Assembly: GCA_048885525.1 (NCBI GenBank)
Contig: JBHLLP010000044.1
Span: 1-28,653, forward strand
Source: Candidatus Hermodarchaeota archaeon
GTDB taxonomy: Archaea > Asgardarchaeota > Lokiarchaeia > Sigyniarchaeales > SOKP01
Reading direction: 5' to 3'
Length of the DNA stretch: 28,653 nt
The notes beneath the pieces are model-generated. The model was not told the DNA's origin. It searched no databases and saw nothing but the letters and a program-made list of their open reading frames with translations. How positions within the stretch are numbered: position 1 is the first letter of the stretch; every line of letters begins with the position of its first letter. The position numbers and the translations under genes were made by a program. This document shows, piece after piece, positions 18,999 to 27,390 of this stretch.

Positions 18999-20042
18999 TC
19001 AAATAATGCTAATTGGAAATCCACAATACTCGCAATTTCCAGCATTATCCAAATATAACTGTTTAATACCTAACATTTTTCTTTTAATGACTAATTTAGA
19101 ACATTTTGGGCAATAAGTGTTATCATAATTGCTTGTAGGTAAATTTCCCAAGTAAACATATTTCAGTCCAACTTCTTTTGCGGTATTATGAGCTTCATGT
19201 ATAATTTTTATAGGTGTTGGCTCAAAAAGTCCGTAATTTTGTGCTTTGTAATGAGGAAAGAATCGGCTTATATGATATGGAGTCAATTCCCCTAATTCAT
19301 TAACTATTCTTTCAGCAAGAGACTTAATTGTGTTTTTATCGGAATTAAATCCTTGGATTAATAATGTTGTAATCTCTACATGAACGCCTAGATCTTTTGC
19401 TAGCTTTGCATTTCTCCATACTTTTTCTACATCTGTACCACAATATTTCTCAACCATATCAGAATCTCCTTTTATATCTATATTCATCGCATCGAGGCCC
19501 GCTTCCACTAAATCTCTTAAAACTTCTTCCGTCATGTATCCATTCGTCACATAGGTATTATATAATCCATACTGTTTTGCTAGTTTAAAGACTTCTAATG
19601 AATATTCAAATAATAATGTAGGTTCATTAAAAGATATTGAAGTTCCTTCACATTTTCTTGTTAAACCAATCTCAATAAGCTTTTTAGGAGATAAAAATTC
19701 ATCAGGCGTTGCATACAGACTAGCTTTTAAAGCGCTTGTTTTTGAAAGATGATGATTTTGACACCAAAAACATGCAAAATTACAACCATAAGTTCCAATC
19801 GTGAGAGCTTTGCTTCCCGGATAGAAATGATATAGTGGTTTCTTTTCTATAGGATTAAAGGAAATAGCAGGTATAAAACCATAAACTATTGTAAATATTT
19901 CACCCTCTTTATTAACTCGTGTTTGACAAAATCCAGAATTTCCATTTAAAATTTTACATTTTCTCTCACATGTTAAACATTGAGAATAATTATCATCAAT
20001 TTTACTCTGATATTTAGCCTTTTTAAGGAATACAAGACTCAT
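18999..20042 (-). CDS. amrS: AmmeMemoRadiSam system radical SAM enzyme
   Basis: N-terminal C..C.R.C....G.C..R, PIEKKPLYHFYPG, radical SAM CNFACFWC motif, FNEPT, VTNGY, NIDIKG, SRFFP, VYLGN, and C-terminal CPKC/CEYC. Confidence 0.9.
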   Translation of the reverse strand: MSLVFLKKAKYQSKIDDNYSQCLTCERKCKILNGNSGFCQTRVNKEGEIFTIVYGFIPAISFNPIEKKPLYHFYPGSKALTIGTYGCNFACFWCQNHHLSKTSALKASLYATPDEFLSPKKLIEIGLTRKCEGTSISFNEPTLLFEYSLEVFKLAKQYGLYNTYVTNGYMTEEVLRDLVEAGLDAMNIDIKGDSDMVEKYCGTDVEKVWRNAKLAKDLGVHVEITTLLIQGFNSDKNTIKSLAERIVNELGELTPYHISRFFPHYKAQNYGLFEPTPIKIIHEAHNTAKEVGLKYVYLGNLPTSNYDNTYCPKCSKLVIKRKMLGIKQLYLDNAGNCEYCGFPISII

Positions 20043-20048
20043 TTAAAT

Positions 20049-20627
20049 TCAATTTTCAATTTTAGCGATATCTCTTATAACTTTTTTATTTTTTATTATT
20101 CCATAATCTAAAAATGTATTTGTTGATAGTCTCTCAAATATTTTATCTAATTCTCCTAGTATTTTTGCAAAATATAGATTTATTACTCCCCCATGTGCTA
20201 TTATCAAAATCTTCTTATTTGAAAATTTTAATTCGATATCTTGAATTGCTTTTGAAAATCTTTCAAGCGCATGATTAGCAGTTTCCCAATTATCATATGA
20301 TTGGTTCCTATTTTCTACACAAAGTTTCATAGTTTTGAGATATTCAGTCTTACTTTTTAAGTATCTCCCATTATCTCTAAAAATCTCATTTAAATTCTTA
20401 TTTTTAATGATTTTCTTGTGAAGTTTTTTTAGTAAAGGATAAGCTGTTTGATATGCTTTTTCCTCTTTTGATGTTATAATTATGTCTACATCATCAAATA
20501 AATCTGAATTAAAAAGTTTGATTGCTTCATTTTGACCCTTTTCCGTTAGAACCCATTTTGATATCTTGGTGTTTTCATCAACCTCAGTCTCAGCATGTCT
20601 TAAGATAATTAAAATATTATTAGTCAT
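20049..20627 (-). CDS. Histidine phosphatase (phosphoglycerate mutase-like) family protein
   Basis: LRHAET catalytic motif, LT.KG..EA, S...KAYQTA, L.E and AHGG. Confidence 0.88.
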   Translation of the reverse strand: MTNNILIILRHAETEVDENTKISKWVLTEKGQNEAIKLFNSDLFDDVDIIITSKEEKAYQTAYPLLKKLHKKIIKNKNLNEIFRDNGRYLKSKTEYLKTMKLCVENRNQSYDNWETANHALERFSKAIQDIELKFSNKKILIIAHGGVINLYFAKILGELDKIFERLSTNTFLDYGIIKNKKVIRDIAKIEN

Positions 20628-21033
20628 TTTATCATTTTTAAATATTTACTCTATAGAATAAAAAAGCTTCACTATCTAAAAAATTCACGGGCAATTATTT
20701 GACAGAATTTAATCATCTTCTGCCCTAATTCTGTTTGATTTCTGGAGCTTGTTAAAACTCAGTTCAACAGAAACAATTAAACACTTTAAATAATCAAATT
20801 CATCTTTTTGTTAAATATATTCTATTGAATTTTGAGAAAAAATATCAGATATGAGTAAAGCCTCCAAATATTATAGATTTATTGATTTGGATATTTTAAA
20901 TGATAATTGTCTTTCGAATTTATAGCAATTATTTAATATTTTTAAAAAATATTTAAAAAGTCACTCTATAATGAATTTTTATAAATCCATCATTATCATT
21001 AAGAACGTTTTAAGCTGATAAGTACTGAAATTA

Positions 21034-21849
21034 TTATAAAGAAATAATCAAAATTATCAAATAAACAAGCATTAAATTACCCAAAATAATCCCTGTGTCT
21101 TTTAATGAGGTTCTACCTAATAGATCAGTTCTAGGTTTTCTATAGATATATAGAATCCCTAGGGGAAAAAATAAAATCGGCAAGAATATCAAATAATTAG
21201 TAATTAAAAATGAAATTACCACAATCATCAAAGAAACTGCACAAGCTATCCAAATTACCAATTGGGAAGTTCTAGGTTTTAATTTCGCCAATGAATCTCC
21301 ATCAATCATTTCATGAACCATTTGACCTGTAAATGCTACAGCTGTTATAGCTGCTAATATTAGAGATTCATTTAATTCCATTTCGGGAAAAAAATTCATG
21401 AAAACATCTCCAGCATTAATTTTAATCATAAAATAAGGTAAAATAATATGTGAAACTCCTAAAATAATATGATTAATAATAACAAGCTTTTTGAACTTAC
21501 AATAGAAGACAACCAGAAAAACTATAAGTATTAAGTATATACTGAGAATAGGTCTTAGTAAAATATCATTTATAAAACACATTGTTCCTAGTATAAAACT
21601 TGCCATCGCTAGAACTGCAATTTCTTTTCTACTATATCCTTCCACTCTTTCCAAAGTTTCTTTTTCAGTAGGATCAGTCATATCAATGATATCATTTAAC
21701 GTATTCCCAGTTATTGCATAAAAAGCAAAACCAGCTAATATCCAAATCTGTGAACTTATATCATAGCCATTCAAATATATACTAAGTAAACATGGGATCA
21801 ATACAGAAAAAATATATTCTACCCGAAGAAGTTTAAATCCCTTACTCAT
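21034..21849 (-). CDS. UbiA superfamily intramembrane prenyltransferase
   Basis: N-terminal KLLR, first Asp-rich motif NDIIDMTD, Y...K, degenerate second motif HEMIDGD; about 8-9 TM helices. Confidence 0.8.
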   Translation of the reverse strand: MSKGFKLLRVEYIFSVLIPCLLSIYLNGYDISSQIWILAGFAFYAITGNTLNDIIDMTDPTEKETLERVEGYSRKEIAVLAMASFILGTMCFINDILLRPILSIYLILIVFLVVFYCKFKKLVIINHIILGVSHIILPYFMIKINAGDVFMNFFPEMELNESLILAAITAVAFTGQMVHEMIDGDSLAKLKPRTSQLVIWIACAVSLMIVVISFLITNYLIFLPILFFPLGILYIYRKPRTDLLGRTSLKDTGIILGNLMLVYLIILIISL

Positions 21850-21969
21850 ATAAAAAGACTACTCATATAATTAATGCAATAAGTTAAGTTCTAATATTCT
21901 CAAAAAAATTTAAGATTTTTTGAAGATATTTATTTAATTTTTAAGGAAAAATTTTGGATATGATAATTT

Positions 21970-21989
21970 AAAAAAAATAATAAAAAAAA
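21970..21989 (-). terminator. Paired U8 tracts after the 94-aa ORF
   Basis: A8 at 21970-21977 and 21982-21989 on the + strand, just downstream of the stop at 21993. Confidence 0.45.
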
Positions 21990-21992
21990 GTT

Positions 21993-22277
21993 TTAGAATC
22001 TTTTAAGCTTTTTCTGTTTTAAATCTTTTAATCCAAAAGTAAATTTTTGTGGATTTAATAAATAATAGTTCATTGATTGCTTCCATTTTTTATCTTCTCG
22101 CTTCTTATCTATTGAATCAAGAGTTTCTTTCTCAATAACAATTGTCTCAATTTCTTTTTCTATATTTTCTTTTGCCTCCTCTAAAATAACTTCTAATTTT
22201 TCTTTTACTTCTTCTATTAGTCTGAACTTAGCAAAGTCCTTTAATGTAGAAATTATTTTTTCTTCAGCTGTTGCCAT
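21993..22277 (-). CDS. Small hypothetical protein (94 aa, charged, coiled-coil-like)
   Basis: Strong SD-like GGAGGGG just upstream of the ATG; followed by U-tracts; E/K-rich helical composition. Confidence 0.7.
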   Translation of the reverse strand: MATAEEKIISTLKDFAKFRLIEEVKEKLEVILEEAKENIEKEIETIVIEKETLDSIDKKREDKKWKQSMNYYLLNPQKFTFGLKDLKQKKLKRF

Positions 22278-22279
22278 TT

Positions 22280-22435
22280 TTATGCCCCTCCGTTATTTCT
22301 ATTTATTCGATATAAGTATAAATATTTCTTTCCTTGACTTCCATAAGAAGAAATCGATAATCTTGACTTGGAATGGTCTGTTTCGTGTAAAACTTCTTTC
22401 AATATTACATCCATTTCTTTAATATTTGTTTTCAT
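22280..22435 (-). CDS. Unannotated small protein (51 aa)
   Basis: Translated by hand: MKTNIKEMDVILKEVLHETDHSKSRLSISSYGSQGKKYLYLYRINRNNGGA*. GGAG lies about 9 nt upstream, and the stop is 2 nt before the next ATG. Below the ORF-track cutoff. Confidence 0.55.
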   Translation of the reverse strand: MKTNIKEMDVILKEVLHETDHSKSRLSISSYGSQGKKYLYLYRINRNNGGA

Positions 22436-22539
22436 TTTTTTTTCTCCATTATTTTTTATTTTTTAAATTATAAATTGCTTAAACAATTAATTAATGTTGT
22501 GTATAAAAAATTAAAGGTGAAGAAAAAAGTTTAAACAAA

Positions 22540-22547
22540 TTTAAATA
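22540..22547 (+). promoter_or_regulatory. Putative TATA box (TTTAAATA) of the leaderless PhoU-like gene
   Basis: Located 23-30 nt upstream of ATG 22570 and preceded by an A-rich BRE-like run. Confidence 0.45.
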
Positions 22548-22569
22548 TTAGCCTATACAATAATATTTT

Positions 22570-23460
22570 ATGGAGAGTATATTTAGAAAACTACAAAAAA
22601 TAAGTGGCTCATATTTTGTGAGTTTACCTAAAAAATGGGTTGAAAACTTTAATTTAAGTAGTAAATCACCTGTGTCTATAAATATTCGTACTGATGGCTC
22701 ATTAACAATCTCACCAAAACATGAGCAAGAGGATTCGAATCTAAGAGAGGAACTTACACTTCATTCAAGTCCGTACATTGCCAGAGAAATTGTAAAACAC
22801 TGTCTATCCGGACAAACTAATATAGTTGTAATCTCAGATAAAGAAATAGATAAAGAATTGAGAAGTGAAATAAGATGGTTAGTTAATGGGCTTCCAAATA
22901 CAGAAATAATTGATGATAAAAAACAGAGATTGGTTATACAGAATTTTGGCTATAAAAAGATTCCTACAAAAAAACTTATTCAACGACTCTTATATTTAGT
23001 TGCTGATATGTTAGAAAATATATTAGAAGACAGAGTCGATGATTTGAAATACAATTTTGGTCAGTTAAAAAAATTTTATTTTATATTAGTAACACATATA
23101 CGAACCTATCTTAGGACCGGGATTTATGTCTCAGAAGACACTGATTTTACGCCACTTGAAGCTATGGATTATCGCATGTTTTGCGAAAAAGTTGAAGAAA
23201 TCGGTAAGATTCTTAGAGATATGAGAATAAATGAGAAAGTTAGAGAATTCTTCCTAGAGATTAATCAATATTTTAATGATGTAATGAACGCTTACCTAAA
23301 AAAAGATTATGTTTTAGCCCATAAAGCTTGGCTATTAAAAAATGAATTAGTAGATAAAGCAAATTCTTTAATGAGTAAGTTAGATTATGAGGACAGAGAT
23401 AAGATAAAAGATATGATAAGGATTGCGGAGAAATGTAAAGATATGTCAGCTTTCATATAA
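22570..23460 (+). CDS. AbrB/SpoVT-type DNA-binding domain + PhoU-like helical domains (archaeal phosphate-uptake-regulator family)
   Basis: N-terminal RKLQ..SGSY.VSLPK.W...DGSL.I.P AbrB-fold motif; later helical repeats with E.IG and IAE...D motifs. Confidence 0.82.
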   Translation: MESIFRKLQKISGSYFVSLPKKWVENFNLSSKSPVSINIRTDGSLTISPKHEQEDSNLREELTLHSSPYIAREIVKHCLSGQTNIVVISDKEIDKELRSEIRWLVNGLPNTEIIDDKKQRLVIQNFGYKKIPTKKLIQRLLYLVADMLENILEDRVDDLKYNFGQLKKFYFILVTHIRTYLRTGIYVSEDTDFTPLEAMDYRMFCEKVEEIGKILRDMRINEKVREFFLEINQYFNDVMNAYLKKDYVLAHKAWLLKNELVDKANSLMSKLDYEDRDKIKDMIRIAEKCKDMSAFI

Positions 23461-23467
23461 GAAGTAA

Positions 23468-26400
23468 TTATCTAGTACTTTGGATAAAGCCTTTTTCTTT
23501 TTTCTGTTTTTCTTCCCATTTTTTTCGCTCAGCTCGAAGTCTAAAGAGATCAACATCCTTAAAAATTAAGCCTTCCTCTTTTGGAGGAACATTTCTTTCT
23601 ACCCGCTCTTTTTCTGGTGTATAAATAAGGGAATTCCCATAATCGGCTACGTTTGCAAAGAAGGTGTAAGCATAAATTGATCTACGAGCATCAAAATGAA
23701 CTGCCTTGAAATCAGCAGTAACAGGTGTGAAGGCAGGATTTAAAATAATATCGACAGGGGGCTCGAAGTTTTTTAGTTCAACTCTTAAATCCATATCAAG
23801 AAAATCTCGGCAAGTAGCAATAGCTATTCTACCATATTCTGTATTACACACTATTGTTTTATTAGGTAAACTAGTAGTATCTATTCCTTCTTTAAATCTA
23901 CCTCTTTTGAGACTTATGATGGCAGGGATATGCTTTTCTTGTTGCCAGAGAATTCCATCAGGTCCTATAACTAAACTTATATTGCTTTTTGTTTCAATGT
24001 TGTGATAGGACCCAGGGATAATATACATTCCATATGTCTTAGCAAGATTTAATAAATCTTCTAGAAATTGCGTATATTTGAGATCTACTGTCATTTCTGG
24101 AAACAGTAAAATGTTAATACCTTCTTCATGAGCATCTTCAATCATTTCCTTTACTTTTGATTCAACCTCGTTAATTTTTTCTTCTTTTAGTGTTAATAGA
24201 CCTTTAGGCTTTTCCTCATAAAACTCATTCATTATATCACCAGAGTTTGAGATACCAATTTGAGCAATCCCTACTCTACACTGATTTCTTGGAGACTTTG
24301 GATACTCTTTTAACAAATCCCTGTATTCAATAACATATTTTTTTGTTATACTATCCTTTTCTAAGAAAGTACTGACTTCTTCAGAATACTGTTGAATTTC
24401 AACAATACGAGGTGATTGACTTGATTCTATTGGGCATGATGGTGTAATAATGCCTTCTATACTTCTTGAAACAGAGGGTTTATTAATTGTGTTTAGGGCA
24501 GAAAAGAGTATTTTTTCTTCTTTAGTTATTCTATCTAATCTTTCTAAAACTTCGTTTTCTTTATCCTTATATCCAGCTTTATGAAACAGTTCTGCTGATG
24601 ACTTTAAATAATTCGATGCGTAATTTAAAAATTCTTGCTTTCTATTTACATCTAATTCGTTATCTGCTTGGATTAAATACCAAGCGGCATCGAAATAAGT
24701 TGATGTTGCAAGTGCCCAATCTGAACCATTTTTAAATCCACCCTTATCATACAGATCTGCCGCTTTTCTGAGAATTGATTTAACATTTGGATACAAAGTT
24801 TTTTTGACTTCCATATCATTAGACTGATCAAATTTACATCCCCCTTCTAAAGCTAAACAAAAATTTGAATTTCCCTGAGCTAGGAACTTTAATTTACTTT
24901 CGGTAAAGTAATCGCTAGCTTTTGCAAATAATTTTGCTGCTTCTGCGAATTTTTCTGGATCCTCATAGTTTTCAGCCAATTCCATACTTTCCCAAGCTCT
25001 ACAGAGATGATATATCGCTTCAATTTCTGCTCGTTCTCTTTTAATTTTATACAATATACATATATCCCTGAATTGAGTTGCTGCATTGCCAAATTTTTCA
25101 GCAGCAGCAATATGATCTCCCTTTTTTCCTAAAATTCTTGCCTCATCAAGATTTATTCTAGCAGAACAATGATTCATCCTTACTTTAGCAACTTTCTCAA
25201 GTTTTTTTAATTCTTTTGACCTTCTAACATTTCTCCTAATAAATCTAATTGTAAAAATAGCATTATCAAAAAGATCTCTGGTTTTTTCATAGCTCTTTAT
25301 AGCATCATCATATCTTTCTTTTTTGCTAAGATCTTCAGCTTCTTCTAAATATATCCAAGCCCCATAATATCCTGCTTCGTAATTAAAACTGGGTAGTGTT
25401 TGCAAAATCTCAGTAGCTACTTCATAACTTTCTTTGGCTTTTACATGATTTTCCCTTTTATGATATGCTTTTGCTTTTTCAATAAGATTCCACGCTTTAG
25501 TATATTTTTTCTTTTCAATTGTTCTCTCTTTTAAAGGTTTGTATTCCATTGATGATAATGAATCCTCATGAGCATTTTGCGCTTTCTGATAATACTCTGC
25601 TGAAACCATATGATTTCCTAAACGATCTTCTAAGCGAGCAATATATTCATAACAAGCAGCCGTATAATAATGATAACCTCTATCTGAAGATTCAATAGCT
25701 ATACGTAGAAATAGCTCTCTTGCTTGTATTAGGGGTTTTTCTTCAGTAATTAGAATACCTAATTCCTCATAAAGCAAAGCTAAACGTAATTGTATTGCTA
25801 AAAAAAGTCTATATGATTCAATTGAATATTTAATATTACTTTTTGCTGCCTTTATGGCAAGTTCTAAATTTTTAATTTTTTCTTCTTTATCTTTAGTGAT
25901 ATCCGCAAGAGTCCTATATGCTCTGTAAAGAGAAGTGAGACCAGCTGCTCTTACAGTTCCTCCTTTATATTCTTTTGAGAGATTTTCAGTCTTATTTGCG
26001 TAATGCAACATTTTTTGAATATATTTTTCTTGAGGGTCATCTTCTGACGCAAGAATAGCTAATTGTGAATAAAAATGAGTTAAATACTGGTAAATATATA
26101 TAATATAAGGACCAAATGCAAGTCTTTTCAATGCTTTATTAGCATATTCAATTCCTATTTTAGCATAAGACTTCCGCGTATCCGCCCTTAAAAAACTTCT
26201 GCTTGTGAATTGGTCATAATAAACAATAGGTATGAAATCCATAAAGCAATAAATACCAGTATATAAATTATCGAAGATTTTATCTAGTTTCTGCACTTCA
26301 TGCACATCATTTAGAATTCTCTTCTGTAGATATTCAAATCTGCCAAAAATACCACCAAAATAATCTATACTATATATAGCACCTAATGCTCCACAAATAT

Positions 26401-27304
26401 TTCTTGAGTTTTTAAAAAATATAACAGACTTTTCCAATAGCTCAAATCCTTCTTCAGCGAACTTTACTCGTTCTTTTTTTTCTTCAACATATAAACTCCC
26501 AAATATACAATAGATAAAACCAGTTGCGCTATAAATGTCTCCAAGAATTTGATCATTAATAACTTCATCACAATTTTCAGCCAATTTTAGTATATCTTCA
26601 CATCTTTTTAAAAATCTTTTGTTGATTCTTTCTTGCTTTTTATCTCCATAAGTAAGTTCCGTCCACCTATTCATATGAAACATTAATAAAAATTCGCCAT
26701 ACAATAGCCTACTTCTAATTTCGATTGTATCAAATTCTTTTAAAAGCATCCAAGCCTTTTCTATTAAATTACGACCCTTCTTGCTGTAACACTCTAGTTC
26801 AGAAGGATTAGAACATATAGACACAAAATGCATCATTGGTTCTACGATCACAGCTGATAATCTTATACAATTTTTCGTATCATTTGCTTTTGAATATTCT
26901 TCAATAAGTTCTAAGAGAATATCAACTGATTTTTTTAAATTTTTTCTCGCCTCTTCAAGTGAAGTAATAACTAAGCAACTTTGAGCAAGTGCTTTAGCTT
27001 TGCATTCCTTCCCTAATAGGTTATTATTGGTTTGGATAAAAAGACTTTCCGCATAATGAAACGCATTAACAGCTTGTTCATTCCAATTTAAATAGTCTTT
27101 TTTAATTTCAGACGCATAAACGGCTCGAAAACATATATCTCCTAATTTATCATAAATTTTAGCAGCATCCTTCAACAAACCTTTCTCTAAAAATGATTTG
27201 GCAACTTCTTCATATAAATCTGCCGCTCTCTCCCAATTATAATTACTTTCTTCAACTTTTGCTTTTTTAATTAAAGTTTCTTCTTGGTTACTCTCGACAC
27301 TCAT
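23468..27304 (-). CDS. Giant TPR/SNAP-like solenoid protein with C-terminal carbon-nitrogen hydrolase (nitrilase-superfamily) domain
   Basis: About 950 aa of helical repeats (e.g. AWNLIEKA..., AWIYLEEA..., ARINLDEA..., AWESMELA...), followed by RVGIAQ, LFPEM (Glu), IIPGS, QEKH (Lys), G.IAIATCRD (Cys), NPA and G.SLI. Confidence 0.88.
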   Translation of the reverse strand: MSVESNQEETLIKKAKVEESNYNWERAADLYEEVAKSFLEKGLLKDAAKIYDKLGDICFRAVYASEIKKDYLNWNEQAVNAFHYAESLFIQTNNNLLGKECKAKALAQSCLVITSLEEARKNLKKSVDILLELIEEYSKANDTKNCIRLSAVIVEPMMHFVSICSNPSELECYSKKGRNLIEKAWMLLKEFDTIEIRSRLLYGEFLLMFHMNRWTELTYGDKKQERINKRFLKRCEDILKLAENCDEVINDQILGDIYSATGFIYCIFGSLYVEEKKERVKFAEEGFELLEKSVIFFKNSRNICGALGAIYSIDYFGGIFGRFEYLQKRILNDVHEVQKLDKIFDNLYTGIYCFMDFIPIVYYDQFTSRSFLRADTRKSYAKIGIEYANKALKRLAFGPYIIYIYQYLTHFYSQLAILASEDDPQEKYIQKMLHYANKTENLSKEYKGGTVRAAGLTSLYRAYRTLADITKDKEEKIKNLELAIKAAKSNIKYSIESYRLFLAIQLRLALLYEELGILITEEKPLIQARELFLRIAIESSDRGYHYYTAACYEYIARLEDRLGNHMVSAEYYQKAQNAHEDSLSSMEYKPLKERTIEKKKYTKAWNLIEKAKAYHKRENHVKAKESYEVATEILQTLPSFNYEAGYYGAWIYLEEAEDLSKKERYDDAIKSYEKTRDLFDNAIFTIRFIRRNVRRSKELKKLEKVAKVRMNHCSARINLDEARILGKKGDHIAAAEKFGNAATQFRDICILYKIKRERAEIEAIYHLCRAWESMELAENYEDPEKFAEAAKLFAKASDYFTESKLKFLAQGNSNFCLALEGGCKFDQSNDMEVKKTLYPNVKSILRKAADLYDKGGFKNGSDWALATSTYFDAAWYLIQADNELDVNRKQEFLNYASNYLKSSAELFHKAGYKDKENEVLERLDRITKEEKILFSALNTINKPSVSRSIEGIITPSCPIESSQSPRIVEIQQYSEEVSTFLEKDSITKKYVIEYRDLLKEYPKSPRNQCRVGIAQIGISNSGDIMNEFYEEKPKGLLTLKEEKINEVESKVKEMIEDAHEEGINILLFPEMTVDLKYTQFLEDLLNLAKTYGMYIIPGSYHNIETKSNISLVIGPDGILWQQEKHIPAIISLKRGRFKEGIDTTSLPNKTIVCNTEYGRIAIATCRDFLDMDLRVELKNFEPPVDIILNPAFTPVTADFKAVHFDARRSIYAYTFFANVADYGNSLIYTPEKERVERNVPPKEEGLIFKDVDLFRLRAERKKWEEKQKKEKGFIQSTR

Positions 27305-27390
27305 AGTAAAGATTTTCTTGAAGTCCTATTGATTTCCCTAATTCAATAATTATTTTTTGGAGTTATTAAAATTTAATATATAAAAATCCA

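Noticed and set aside
20709-20870. About 52-codon - strand frame with one internal stop (possible pseudogene) in the intergenic gap
   Set aside because: No ATG start and no recognisable similarity to any protein family.
22432-22449. Mini-ORF MEKKK* / possible frameshift in an A9 run upstream of the 51-aa ORF
   Set aside because: More simply the GGAG ribosome-binding site plus spacer. A homopolymer error would only add five residues, and this cannot be tested without reads.
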